From assembly GCA_964016885.1 (NCBI GenBank), contig OZ024742.1, forward strand, positions 50,530,001-50,594,000: DNA of 64,000 nucleotides, written 5' to 3'. Positions 42,726 through 56,916 of the stretch are shown one piece after another. The stretch comes from Eledone cirrhosa. Taxonomy: Eukaryota. The notes under the pieces are model-generated. The model was not told the DNA's origin and searched no databases. It worked only from the letters and a program-made list of their open reading frames with translations. The position numbers were made by a program, and so were the translations under genes. The first letter of the stretch is position 1. Each line of letters begins with the position of its first letter.

Positions 42726-44028
42726 CCACGTGGGGAAAATCGGCTTGGTGCTTTTGTACTTTAATATTGTGGCATGAGTCAGCAGGACAGATGTCACCAC
42801 TTATGTCAGAGGGAAGTCTGCAGTGCTTGAGCAAGGCATGACGTGCAATCGGACAGCATGTGGAGCCTTCTCAAAGGAGTCCACCGCACATTAGTAAGTA
42901 AACGCAACTGGACAAACGTTTACCAAACTGTGCGTATAATTTCACATATTTAAAGAGGAATGGTGCAATAAAATGAGCCCCGAGGCGTGTGCGTGTTCTC
43001 TGGCAGCCCTAAACGAAAGGGTAGCCATCAGCTATTTCAAGGGCCCTTAAATGGGCCGTGTAAGCCGTTTTCTGACACCCCAGTAAGGAGGGGTAACCAT
43101 CAACAATTTCAAGTGATGGCATTAAAAAGGGCCATGTGAGCGTTCACTTGAAGCTCTTAATAGTGATTTTGACTGCGTTCTCTGACATTTGGAGGGTGTT
43201 ACGGTTGCTTCCACTGGTAGCCTTTAGAATGAATATGAATGCGTTCGCGGTCGGTTTAACAGCCATACATTGACGCGCCGAGTGCTATGCAGACAGCCAG
43301 ACATACATACAGATATTATAAGGGCGCGGTCTGGAGAAAGAGGGGATTGTTGGAAGTGACGTAATGCAGACAGCCAGACATACAGAGAGATATTATAATG
43401 GCGCGCCGTTATATGTATGCATCTATCTAAAGAGAGAGAGACTAAGAATTATAGAGAGTGATCACTAAATCACCTAATGCGGTCTCTAGGGCATTGTACT
43501 TTTTAAATTCTTTTTGCTCAGAAGACTCCTTGAAACATAAGTATTACATGTGTAAGGTTTCAAAACAGTCGGTTGAGTGCTTCTCTAGTTTTAGGGATTC
43601 AAACTCACACGCACACAGACATACATCCTCAGTTTTATATGACCACAATTATATGACCAAAATAATATTTTCTTGAATGAAAGTGGCCGAAATTGGGTTG
43701 CTCTGAGTGGTCTGTAGAGTAACCTTATTTGATAGACGTCGTAGCTTGGCAATCAGAACGTCGATCCAAGTAGAGCTACTACTACTCCAAATTGATATGT
43801 CACAGTGCCGATATTACGTACATGAGGTTAGAATATCCCTTAAAAGTAACTCTGGACAGATTTACGGGCAGAACTAACCGGTACGAGAGCCAACGTAGAC
43901 CCCGAACAAGTCATTTGGATAGCATGCATAAGCTCGTCTGGATTCGCTTGGTCATAAAACCAAATCAATGGAGACAATTTCTTGTTAAAGGATCGGATAG
44001 AAAGCGGCTTTGAGGACTCAGTTGGGGG

Positions 44029-44121
44029 AGAAGAAGAAGAAGAAGAAGAAGAAGAAGAAGAAGAAGAAGAAGAAGAAGAAGAAGAAGAAGAAGAAGAAGA
44101 AGAAGAAGAAGAAGAAGAAGA
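44029..44121. repeat. (GAA)n microsatellite
   Basis: About 30 uninterrupted GAA units. Confidence 0.98.
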
Positions 44122-45105
44122 TACACATGCATTCATGAATATACATATATAGCCATACTTATTTACGTACATGTATATATACATGCATATAAAGAGATTC
44201 ACAGAGACATACTCATAAATATATAGTTATATATTTCTTGATTTATAAGTATTTTCTTCTTCTCCTAAACTTTGCTAATTTCTATCGGTAATATTGTTTT
44301 AAATAAGTCACGTAACATTGCTGCAACGCTTCAATGATTTACCTTCTGATATAGAAAATCTGTTGAATTTTATATTAAGCTCACTTCAGTCTCATTTGAC
44401 CATATGACGCCATCATATTATGTAAATTTATGTATTAACAGATTCGGCCTTCAATCAACCATTTACGTTTATCAGATATCACATGGAGTCTGAATGGGAT
44501 AGAATAAAACTATGAAAATCCATCTTAACGATTGTCTTTCAAAAGAAAATGGATGTTTCATTTTTATATGAAATTGCAGTATTGATCGTGGAGTTTAGAG
44601 ATAAATAAATTATTTATATAGCCAGTCAAATTATCCGACGAGTAACTTCCGCTCAAATGAACAATCTTTCTCTACTGAATTTCTTGAGGCATATTTTCAA
44701 CGAATGTGTGGACCCAAAATATATAAATTCTAATATATGTTCCTTAACATCACTGCACAAAGTGAAATGTAATGAAACGCATTTTAGAATTTCAAACACA
44801 AATTACATTGACTAATCTTATCCATCTGCCTCGTGGAACCACATACTTCGTTCACAGGTTTTAACACTTGAAGAAGAGCATCATGTAGTGTCATGAATTT
44901 TAAATACTTCAATGAGCAGCAAATATATTCTTCTGAGATTGGGTTAAGTCTCAATGACACACTTCATAAACAACGACGGAAATGACAATAGTAATTATTA
45001 AGATTAGTTAAATGATATCACCATCAGTGTCAGCCACCTCCAAAAATATGGATCAAATATATCTAGAATAACAGGCTACTGTCTTATAAATATATATATA
45101 TATAT

Positions 45106-45217
<112 letters not shown>

Positions 45218-48200
45218 TATGTTGGTTATATACGAACACCTAGTATGCGGAATGGAGCACTCGACGAGTGCGCAGGTTGGTTTGGTTACTCCGGAGTAAT
45301 GTAAAATAAAATTTAAGAGTATTGACAAAGTTAAACACCTCAACAACATGTGTACTCGTCTCTACCACACTAGTTCGGACTGCCTGAAGAGGTCACAGGC
45401 AAAGATGGCTGTCACCAAATATATATAGCAGTAAGAAACGAAGCCACATTTTAAACATTTGACTTACTTATTTTATTTTATTTTACATTACTCTGGAGTA
45501 ACCAAACCAACCTGCACACTTCGGCGAGTGCTCCAATCTGCATACTGCGGTGTTGATATACAACCAACATACACTCAACATTGATCTAGCTCTTCCCCGC
45601 CTTGAGCGCTTCAAACAGTAGAGGACTTAAGTCACTATGGAAAAACTGGCAACCTTAGTGTCACTGAAGGACATCCCCCTACCTGGCAAACGAGAATACA
45701 CCATTGATCTCATCAGGAGTACGGACTCCCTCGTCTGTAGGATGAGATGGAATGCGTTCCATTTTGAAAGAGGAACGCCAAAAATTACCAACACACAAAA
45801 CATGGAGTACCTTTTTCGATCAAGGAGGAATCCCCCCACAACAGACTAATAGAGGTGTTTGAAAAATAGATGATTAACATCATCTCCAACCTCAAATTCT
45901 CCGGAAACCCACCCAGAAGTCAGAAGTACCTTAGACACCTGAGAAACCGGATTACAGTACTTAAAGAGACAACTGGAATAATTGTCCATGCTGAAAAAAA
46001 CAACAACCTCTACAACATGGACACTGAACTGTATAATAAGCTAATTCTCAGGGAACTGAGGAAGTGCTACAAAAAACACCTGGATTTACCCTGGATGAGA
46101 TCAATGCCACAGGTTACAGGATTATATATGGACTCGGCATAGATGACAGGACGGCCTCATACCAACCAAGGGAGCCGCGGATTACCCTTAAATATCACAA
46201 GTCAAACTTTGAGTCCGACCTCCCTGTCAGACTAAAAGCACCCTGCAGATCTGACCTAGGCGTCGTCAGTAAAAGAATACTAGATAGGATTTTGCCAAAG
46301 CTTCGGAAAAAAAACTAGATTACAGCAATGGTCATGCACGGGAAAGGAAATAGAATGGGTTAAGATACTACATGAGAAAAGTAAGACCAGCTTTATCCAA
46401 CTGGATATCGCAGGCTTCTACTCCTCAATCTCACCCATAGCACTCAATAAGGCCCTATTTTTAGCGATATCCAATACGGACCTAATCCGAGAGGAGGTGA
46501 GCATCCTCCACACCGCAAGAAAGACCTTAATCCGTTTCGAAGGAGACCTTTGGACCAGGAGTGATTGGCCAAATAACTTTGACATCACGATGGGCTCCAG
46601 CCAGTCAGTACAGGTAACGGACCTGGTTGCGCTCTTCCTACTGAAGCAGATAAAAGGGGAAATCCCCTGCTTGGGCGGCGGATTATATCGTGACGATGCT
46701 CTCTTCACAGTATATGACCACAGCACCACTACGTTGGAGGGAATGAGGAGGCGTATTCGCCATTTCTTTAAGAACCAGGGGCTCAGTATCGAACTAGACT
46801 CAAACATAAAGGTAGTTAACTTCCTAGACACCACCCTAAATCTGAACACCGAACAGTACTACCCCTACCACAAGCCCAACGAGAAGCTTGTGTATGTTAA
46901 CGCCAAGTCAAACCACCCTAGATCCATAACCAAGGCCGCGGTGAAGAGTGTCCCGGACAGGATCTCCAGCCTGTCTGCAAATAAGGAAATCTTCGATAAC
47001 AACGCGGAATGTTATAACCCAGCTCTAAATATGGCCAAAATATAACATATCGTCCGAAACGCCGGAATGGGGATGGCCCAACGGACAACCACACCCGCGT
47101 TGTCCGGGAGGAGGCGAACCCTAACAATACAGGCAGATCAGAAACAAATAAGCACCACGAGCCCGACACCACCACCACACGGGCGATGGTAACGAGTACG
47201 CTTAACAATGAGATGAAACCCAATATGAGTAGCCGTCTCAGGGGTGATGAGAACCACCCCGGGCCCGGAGTCCCCAACCGCAGGACGTGTTGGGGGGGGG
47301 GAGTAACGGGGGACCACCCCACAGTGTACCTCCCAGCGCGGGAAACAACCATCTCACTGATTGGGGCCGTGAAGATAGCAAAATGCATAGCGCCCAAAGG
47401 GGAAGCAACAATGCGGGAACCACCAGCAACCCAACAACTCACAACGCCCCCAACCCAACCATATAGGACTCGACGCAGATAAATCACGTGGTACAACCCA
47501 CCCTACTCATCGGCCCTAAAGAACAGCTTGGCCGATTATTCTTTAGAGCACTTGATAAATGCTTCCCGAGGGACCATAGTTAAACACAAGATCTTCAACA
47601 GAGACACTGTGAAGCTCTCGTATTCCACCACGAGAAATCTAGCCCACCACATAGCTAGCATCAACAGGAGTAGGCTTAAAAACCACACACAACCAGAACA
47701 TGGCAATATAAACACCCAGCAGAACCATGTGGAAGGAGGGAAGGGGGGACCCATTGCCCACCCAAGAAACTCAAACAGACCCGGGGACCGTCACCGTGCC
47801 CGGGTGAAGACCACCATGTAACACGTGACGGGAACCCCACACTAGGCACGCAGAGGTCGACAACCCTCTGCAACTGCAGAAACCCCGAAACATGCCCTCT
47901 TAGTAATGAATGCCTTAAGATGAACCTCATATACGGATGTAGGTTTAAAACCCCCAAATCTGACACCTCTACATAGAAGCCTCATCAACGAGTTTAAAGA
48001 CCGTTGGTATAACCATCGCCATTCCTTCAATAAGGAGGCCAAAAGGAAAAGTACGGCTCTTTCCGACCTTATCTGGAAGCTTAAGCTGGACAGGACCCCG
48101 TACTCTCTGGCCTGGTCCTTAATCAGGAAGGTACCACCCGATAAAGGGGGATCTGACATATGCAAACTATGTCTGAACGAGACCCTCGGGATACTAAGAG

Positions 48201-48774
48201 GTGTAAGCCGCCTGATAAACCTCAGAACCGACTTCTTCGGGACATGCAGACACCTCAGAGCCGGGACCTTCCTCAATCTATATGGACAGTAGCAACACAC
48301 TGAGATGTGAACTCCCCTTAAGCTATAGGGACTTCTCCTGAACATGTAGACACCTCTCGGCCAGACCTCCCTCAAGCTATATGGGCAGTAACAACACCAT
48401 AAGTTGGGAACTCCCCTCAAGCCATAAGCACCCACCAAGGCTGAGCAGACACCATGATAGCCTAGAGATTGATTCTGACACAGCCTTTCTAATTTGGCCA
48501 ACATCTTTATAAAACACACACATTTTATTTTACTTGATTTTCCATTTGACTTTTCATTTGTTTTCTGTTTTCTTCACTTTATTGTCTTCTATTTAAGTTG
48601 AGATTGGTTATAACACACACACATTTTATTTGATTATCTTATTTCGTTTTATTCTTTTACCATCTTGATCCTCCTACCACTTTATTCAAAATAATTCTGA
48701 CTTTGAGATTGGTTATAGCACACACACATTTTATTTTATTTGAATCTTCACTGCTATTTTCCACTTTTCCTTTT

Positions 48775-49122
48775 CATTTTTTATTTTTCATTTTTCATTT
48801 TTCATTTTTCATTTTTCAATTTCCATTTTTCATTTTTCATTTTTCATTTTTCATTTTTCATTTTTCATTTTTCATTTTTCATTTTTCATTTTTCATTTTT
48901 CATTTTTCATTTTTCATTTTTCATTTTTCATTTTTCATTTTTCATTTTTCATTTTTCATTTTTCATTTTTCATTTTTCATTTTTCATTTTTCATTTTTCA
49001 TTTTTCATTTTTCATTTTTCATTTTTCATTTTTCATTTTTCATTTTTCATTTTTCATTTTTCATTTATCATTTTTCATTTTTCATTTTTCATTTTTCATT
49101 TTTCATTTTTCATTTTTCATTT
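48775..49122. repeat. (CATTTTT)n heptamer satellite, ~50 copies, in the PLE 3' UTR
   Basis: Direct reading; explains the FHFSFFI repeat ORFs. Confidence 0.97.
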
Positions 49123-49853
49123 ATTTTCTATTTATTATTTATTTTCTGTTTTCTTTATTTTATTGCCTTCTATTTCTTCATATACATGGCAGACCCCCTC
49201 CCCACCACCACCACGAGAGATGGTGGCAGCATGAATGAAGAAACACACACATATACTTCTAAATGTCAGCAGCAGCAAGACATAGGCTGACCACAACACC
49301 AACACCACTACCAAAATAAGGGTAGAGGTCAGATGTACTTAACAATATCAAAAACAAACACTTCAGGGAAAGAATTTCTATAGACTTTTGACTGAGGAAT
49401 GTTCTCAAAACTGACCAATGGGAGGAGTGAACTTACACATTTTTATAACTTTGAGATTGGGTATAACACACACATTTTATTTGATTATTTTATTTTGTTC
49501 CTTTACCATCTTATTCCTTCTACAACTTTATCATTTTTTTTAGCTGACCCCAACACCACCACCACTACCAACATAAGAGTAGATGTCATATGTACTTAAG
49601 AATAACAAGAACAACCACTACAGATTGCCTTGCCTCAGAACGTATTTCTATAGACTTTTGACTGAGGAATGTTCTCACGACTGACCAATGAGAGGAGAAA
49701 ATGTTCTTTGAAGCTGAAATTCGTTTGTTTTAAATTCATGTGATTACAGTTCCCCAGTGAAACAACAACCCAACCAGGAACTGGGCATATCAGAGTATTG
49801 ACAAAGTTAAACACCTCAACAACAGTGTACTCGTCTCTACCACACTAATTCGG

Positions 49854-49908
49854 ACTGCCTGAAGAGGTCACAGCCAAAGTTGGTTGTCAACGAAATATAT
49901 ATAGCAGT
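49854..49908 (+). ncRNA. Type I hammerhead in the 3' pLTR (5' copy at 45379-45432 has GAAA changed to CAAA)
   Basis: ACTGC-CTGAAGA-GGTCACAGCCAAAGTTGGTTGTCAAC-GAAA-TATATA-TA-GCAGT, then AATAAA. Confidence 0.85.
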
Positions 49909-49974
49909 AATAAACGAAGCCACATTTTAAAAATTAGGCTTATTTATTTTAATTTATTATATATATATATAAAT

Positions 49975-50163
49975 GGGCGGTGGATTGGCAGTATCGGTAG
50001 AGGGTCGGACGCCATGCTTTCCAGCATAGTTACGTCCCTTTACAATCTGAGTTCAAATCCCGCCGAGGTTGACTCTGCCTTTCATTCTTACGGGGTCGAT
50101 AAAATAAAGTACCAGTAATGCACTGGTTAATTGCTGGCCTTGTGCCTGAAGTAGAAACAATTA
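49975..50163 (+). mobile_element. Full-length tRNA-derived SINE
   Basis: A-box TGGCAGTATCGG, B-box GAGTTCAAATCC, body GCCTTTCATTCTTACGGGGTCGATAAAATAAAGTACCAG. Confidence 0.8.
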
Positions 50164-50312
50164 TATATCTATCTATCTATATATATATATATATATAAGG
50201 AATTTATATCTAGTAACATTTATATACACACAGATGCATATCAATGCTAGCAAATATATAGGTTTTGTCTTATTAACAATGTGGTTCAATGCATGAGGTT
50301 GCAGAACAATAA

Positions 50313-51123
50313 TATGAGAGACGTAAAATAAGAAAATTATAAAATTAACTTACTTACTAAAAATCACTTCCAACTAATTAGTTTCTGGAATGGAATAAAT
50401 ATATTTTCCGAAGAAACATACAGAAAATCATTCCGTCATCAGGAAAGTCTTTTTCCGTATAGGTCTCCAGGCATAGCGAGGACACTGGAAACTTATTAAA
50501 AAAATAATTCAGTGGAATGGAAATAGCGAAGCGTGGATTCCAAGCCATTGAGAAAATCACTGCCTCTTCGTCTGTGGCAAATTCAAAAAGAATCAATCAC
50601 GTGACATCGAGGTCAATCAGTGGAAAGCGAGTGGTTTTTAAGACAGCGGCCAGCTTACTACCATAGTAGCAGTCATGGCCAAATATTGCTCGACAAATGA
50701 ATTGGAGATAATTATAAGGAATTTATATCTAGTAACATTTGTCGAGCAATATTTGGCCATGACTGCTACTATGGTAGTAAGCTGGCCGCTGTCTTAATAA
50801 CCACTCGCTTTCCACTGATTGACCTCGATGTCAAGTGATTGATTCTTTTTGAATTTGCCACAGACGAAGAGGCAGTGATTTTCTCAATGGCTTGGAATCC
50901 ACGCTTCGCTATTTCCATTCCACTGAATTATTTTTTTAATAAGTTTCCAGTGTCCTCGCTATGCCTGGAGACCTATACCGAAAAAGACTTTCCTGATGAC
51001 GGAATGATTTTCCGTATGTTTCTTCGGAAAATATATTTACTCCATTCCAGAAACTAATTAGTTGGAAGTGATTTTTTAGTAAGTAAGTTAATTTTATAAT
51101 TTTCTTATTTTACGTCTCTCATA
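50313..51123. repeat. Young fold-back element with ~385 bp near-identical inverted arms, each carrying a hammerhead
   Basis: 50313-50699 mirrors 50737-51123 with few mismatches (mirror ORFs 50378-50596 and 50839-51057 differ at 2 residues); ~37 bp spacer. Confidence 0.95.
50987..51069 (+). ncRNA. Type I hammerhead with extended stem II (intact mirror at 50366-50448 on minus)
   Basis: Stem I ACTTTC/GGAAGT (one G-U); CTGATGA 50993-50999; stem II GGAATG/CATTCC with inner ATTTTCCG/CGGAAAAT; GAAA; palindromic AACTAATTAGTT; GUU cleavage triplet. Confidence 0.85.
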
Positions 51124-52605
51124 TATATATATATATATATTTATATATCAGTAAATTTATATATCAGTATTTATATATATATATATCAGAATTGAGGCGG
51201 CAATAACCAGTTAGACCATTACTCACCAGAGTATTCGATACCTGGTGTAGTATGGAGGATGATATAAAAACATTCAGGATCTCGATGGCTGAGCTCTGGC
51301 CGTTTAAACAGCTAGATCCGAACTGAAGCACCGGCAATCTATCGGTGAGAGTCTACCAGGTATCCACGGCGGGTATTGTCTGTATATGGGCAAGCAGTCT
51401 ATACATAAATAATCTTTAACGTTCTCTTGTTTTTTTTTGTTTGTTTTTTTCCAGGTAGTGGTCAATGATTGGGGGAGTTTTTACATTTGTTCAAATGTAC
51501 GTCTTCGTAAAGATAGCTTTTTTAGTCCTGCTTTATCACTTATAAATGTTTTAAGTTATCTAGATTTATTACGATCATGGTGTCACGAGACAGCGGAAAA
51601 GGCTAGACAGAATGAAATATCGGAGGAAGTGAGTTACTAGACCTGTTGACAAGATGTTAAGCTTGGTAGTAGAGCACATACGCATTTAACAGAGAATTCT
51701 ACCTTATCAAAAATTTCTAATCTATGAAATTCACACTGTACATAGCTACTACATTGCGTTCAAAAAGAAAAAAAAGAAACACGAGTAAAATTTTAATTTC
51801 AACGTATTTAATCAAAGGACATTGCGTAGTGTATTATATGTTTGTTTATTTGCCTTTATTTACGATTTGCTAAATGGCAACGAATTTATAATTTATTATG
51901 TATCCCATCATCGTAGAAATTTCTTGTTATCAATTGATCCCTTGCCCGGGAAAGGCGACTTATTAACTAATTTACTTATTTCAAACACCAATAAATCTAC
52001 TATTAATCTTAATGATAGTTCTTGTTATTTTGGTTCTCCTGCTATCGTTAGTTGGCTAAGATTCTATATTATTATGAATTCCTGTTTTATATGAAAGAAA
52101 CATGTCTCAAAGTGTTTTTGTATCAGGTATATCAAAGCCCCAGCAATACCTTAGCAATAGAAAGTAATAGAAATGAATGCTAAAATGTAGCTTTTTTAAC
52201 AATGCTAACGCTATACATTTTATGATGATGTTTACATACGGGCCTAATTTATGTGTAATAATTGTGCCTCGTGCTTAATCTGTGAGTAATGGATCACTGA
52301 CCTCTCCCCCAAAACAAACAAAAAAAAACAAAAACAACACAGAAAACTTTAAAGATTATTAATCCATAGACTTTCTGCCAATATATTGACTATAACCTCT
52401 GAGGAGACCGGCTAGATTCCGCCACTCGAATACCGGCACTTCAATTCGGGTCTAGCTGTTCAAACGGCCAGAACTCAACCGTCGGTATCCTGAATTTGTT
52501 CATATATATATATACTTACTTTTTCATGAAAAAGACTGTATGGTTAACGACAGAATGTCATTGATCAGAAGTATGTCCGATAAGCAAAGACATATGATCC
52601 CCCAC

Positions 52606-52687
<82 letters not shown>

Positions 52688-52770
52688 AAAGTTCTATTTA
52701 AAGTTGTTGGGATACAACAAGTAAATATTTTTATAACTGATATAAAGCACTCGACAAGTTTTTGAAGTAG

Positions 52771-55588
52771 ATATACGATATTAATAAATGGAAACTATAT
52801 TTATAAAACCATATTTATTTCAGGGATACCATATTAAATTATGGTATGCCTTCATCAGACAAAATACAATATATAACAGTTTTACAAATAGCTTTGACGT
52901 ACCCTTTTAAAATACAACCATTACTTTTGGAGGCTGTCTGGATAGTGAATCGTTTATAAATACAATAGTGAACTCTGTTCAAGAACGAATTTCAAGAATT
53001 TCATCTAATAAAAATATATTTGATGAAAAAGCGCAGTATTACAACGAAGCGTTAGGTAGAGTTGGATATAGAAATAAAATTAAATACATCGATAATAATA
53101 ATAATAAGCAAACTAACCAAAATAATAACAATTTCAATTACGGTAACAACTTTAACAACTATAATAGAAAACATTACAATAATTCCACAAGCCGAGAAAG
53201 AAATAGAACTAGAAATATATTATGGTTTGCTCCCCCTGTCTGACTAAATATTAAAACCCCTATTGCTAAACTATTCTTTAAAGCTCTTGACACACGCTTC
53301 CCTAGAACACATAAATATTACTCAATTTTTAATAGACACACTATAAAATTAACTTACTTGTCCACCAAAAATTTAGCACAAAATATTAATAGAATTAATA
53401 ACAGGAATTTAAAACCTAACCAAAATACCAATGATAACCCAAACAATATTCAATTAAATAACTGTAACTGTAGAAATAAATCTAACTGTCCGTTAAATAA
53501 CAATTGCTTAGCTAAAAATGTAGTGTACAATTGTAATGTTAAAACTGATTTAAATTCATTTAACTATGTTGGTTCCACCTCTACAGAATTTAAATTTCGC
53601 TTCAATAATCATAAGAATTCTTTCACAGATCCAAACAAAAAATCTTCAACTTCGCTATCTAGTCTAATATGGGACCTAAAACGAGATAATATTAAATATT
53701 CGATGAATTGGAATATTATTTCATAATCTACTCCTTTTTATTCCTCTTCAGAGAATTGCGATCTTTGTATTGAAGAAATATTCTTTATATTAAAGTCCAA
53801 AAATTCCCTTAATCTAAGGAACAATTTATTCAGTTGCTGCAGACATAGATTGAACTCAACGTTTAAATATAAATATAAATTTAAGTAATTTTAGTTAATA
53901 TATGGAACATTTCGATAAATCGTTAGATTCCTTCACCTTTTTCTTTTTAAACTTTCTTCCTAAATATAAACAAGGATATAATAAACTACTCTAAAATGTC
54001 TATACTTCCAATGTATTAAATAAAATATACGTAAGGTAAATTTCTATACTAAATATAAGGGTATCTGTACAATCATTGGGTTTTTAAAATTTTTTTTTAA
54101 AATCTTTTAAATTATTTTTATTTATTTGTTTTGATTATGATAGCTTCTCATAACTTTCATATGTCTACCCTTTCAATATCTTGATTGAGATATACGTAGG
54201 ATGGAATTTCTATACTAAATATATATAACATTATTTTAACTTATAATACTCTATAGTGTTTTAAAGATATTTAATGCTTTGATATTTCTAAATTTCTTTT
54301 GTCTATACTGATATAGCTGCATTTACAAATATACTCCTTTGGTATTTTAAATTTATTTTGTTATGGTTATGTTTACAGGTTATAATCCTTTAGTAATATA
54401 TTGATACTTGATTATCTCTATGCAAATGCATATGTGTATATTAACATGCATAAAAAGTGTTATAGATTTTTTTGTGTCTATATATGTATGTATATATACA
54501 TGAATGATGCGTGACGACGCACGCACATATTTATTTATACATATGCATGTGTATATATGTATGTGTATATATATATGTGGTTGGGAGGTATGTTGCAGAT
54601 ATGCATAATATTAAACACATGAATGGTAATCGTATATATGAGGACATGAATGTTAATCGTATATATTGTATATATATACTGGGAAATTTTTATAACACAA
54701 AAAATGTATAGCAGTGGTTAAGAGAAATCATTTACGTTTTGTATGTCTATATTGATGGCTTGAGTTAAACATAATTTCTATTTTCAGGACGTGCGTATCT
54801 ATATGTATATATATATACATATATGTTTGTATGTCTTTGCATAAAATACTGATCTCTATAGCAAGGGTACATTTTGAACTCAGATTTTGATATATTGATC
54901 TCAAGTTTCTAAACTAAACATATAGTCATTATTGAACAATGTTTAATTTCTCATATTATATATCTATGTCCCATTCATGAATATTGATACTTATATTTTT
55001 ATTATTCATTTCATATAAATTGTTAACTCAACTTAATATGACATGACGTAAAGTGTTCACTGCCCCCCCCCTCTCGCTATATATAGTATTACTCTCTCTT
55101 GAGTTTTTCTCTCTGTATGATGACTTGATATCTCTCTGTTGCTTTACTTTGTTTTTCTTATTTCTTCCTTCTCTTTCTTTTTTATTTTTTATTTTTTATT
55201 TCCTCCTATCTTTATTTATCTCTTTCTTTCTTTTCTCCATACATTTCTCTCTCTCTCCGATATTTCTCCAGGTTTTCTTTCTTTCTCTCTCTCCGTCTTT
55301 GTTCTTTTCTCTCTCTCCGTTTTTTTTATTTTTCTTTATCTACGTCTTTTTCTAATTGTGCTTAACACTATGACTTATTAAAACAATATAAACAATTCAC
55401 TATCCAGACAGCCTCCAAAAGTAATGGTTGTATTTTAAAAGGGTACGTCAAAGCTATTTGTAAAACTGTTATATATTGTATTTTGTCTGATGAAGGCATA
55501 CCATAATTTAATGTGGTATACCTGAAATATGTATAATGAAATAAATATGGTTTTATAAATATAGTTTCCATTTATTAATATCGTATAT
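52771..55588 (+). mobile_element. 5'-truncated AT-rich PLE (same type as 45213) with inverted terminal pLTR copies
   Basis: ORF pieces 52968-53243 (RISRISSN..RNILWFAPP) and 53358-53726 (CNCRNKSNCPLNNNCL..YVGST..FKFRFNNH). 52771-52958 mirrors 55385-55588. Confidence 0.88.
55480..55541 (+). ncRNA. Hammerhead motif in pLTR (stem I decayed; partly deleted mirror at ~52818-52866)
   Basis: TTTTGT-CTGATGA-AGGCATACCATA-ATTTAA-TGTGGTATACCT-GAAA-TATG-TA. Confidence 0.65.
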
Positions 55589-55598
55589 ATATACACAC

Positions 55599-55636
<38 letters not shown>

Positions 55637-55679
55637 GTGCGTTTGTGTGTGTGTGCATTTATATACATATATGCTTTAT

Positions 55680-56505
55680 ACCTGTTGATAAGCGCTAAGC
55701 GGTATGGAATCTACAATTTTTATAGCAAAACATTCTCTTATTAGAGTCTGTCCATGTGTTTATAGTTATAAAAGGTTGGCTGTATATTTTGATTTATTCA
55801 TTTAATTAAGATGTATTTTCCACTCCGGAGACTTAATGTTTTTCACTCTAGTGGTTCTCTGTCCCCAATAATTGAAAACACACCTCTTTGTGCTTTCTTC
55901 TCTGTATACTGTATGATAAAAGAGCCCGATATCTATACCTTGAGCTCATTAAATTACAGTGAATAAACGTGAGTTCTTAACACCATTTTTTAATTCGGTA
56001 TTTGGCTCCTAATTCATTTATTCATGTACGTTCAGCTTCTTCACTTGAATGGTTTTGGGCTGCTATTTCTAGCTGTCTTTCAGTACATTCAAGCCACTAT
56101 GAACTGTGCAGCGCCCATGTTTTCGTCTCTTTTCACCAAGTGCATTATTTTAGTTGTCTGAAATAATTTTAGAAGAGTGGACCATACTGTCTTTACAACT
56201 GTTGATAAGCCCCAAGCGGTATGGTATCTACACTTGTTATGGCGAAACAGTCTCTCATTAGAGTTGGTCCAGGTGTGTATAGTTATAAAAGGTTGGTCTG
56301 TGCATTTTGTTTTATTCTTTTAATTAATATGTATTTTCCACTCCTTTCGTAGAATTTATGTTTTCACTGTAGTGTTTCTCTGTCCCCTATAATTGAAAAC
56401 ACGCCTTTTCGTGTTTTCTTCTCTATATAGTGTATTATAAAGAGCCCGATATCAATACTTTGAGCTCATTAAATTACAGGCGATTAACGTGAGCTCTTAA
56501 CTCCG
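55680..56505. repeat. Diverged ~310 bp direct repeat (55680-55985, 56199-56505)
   Basis: CTGTTGATAAGC..AAGCGGTATGG..GAGCTCATTAAATTACAG..TCTTAAC occurs twice. Confidence 0.85.
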
Positions 56506-56526
56506 TTCATTTTATAGCGAAATATT

Positions 56527-56669
<143 letters not shown>

Positions 56670-56779
56670 TTATATATATATATGTATATATATATACATA
56701 TATACATATACATATACACATATACATATATAAAGTCTCTCCAGACTTTATATATGTATATGTATATATATGTTATGTA

Positions 56780-56830
<51 letters not shown>

Positions 56831-56840
56831 ATATGTATGT

Positions 56841-56916
<76 letters not shown>

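Noticed and set aside
48703-49290. 195 aa Phe-rich membrane-like ORF
   Set aside because: Translation of the (CATTTTT)n satellite.
49385-49725. Two CTGAGGA motifs in 3' UTR direct repeats
   Set aside because: Could not build convincing stems I-III.
50378-51057. Pair of near-identical 72 aa ORFs on opposite strands
   Set aside because: A consequence of the inverted repeat; non-ATG starts and overlap with the hammerhead.
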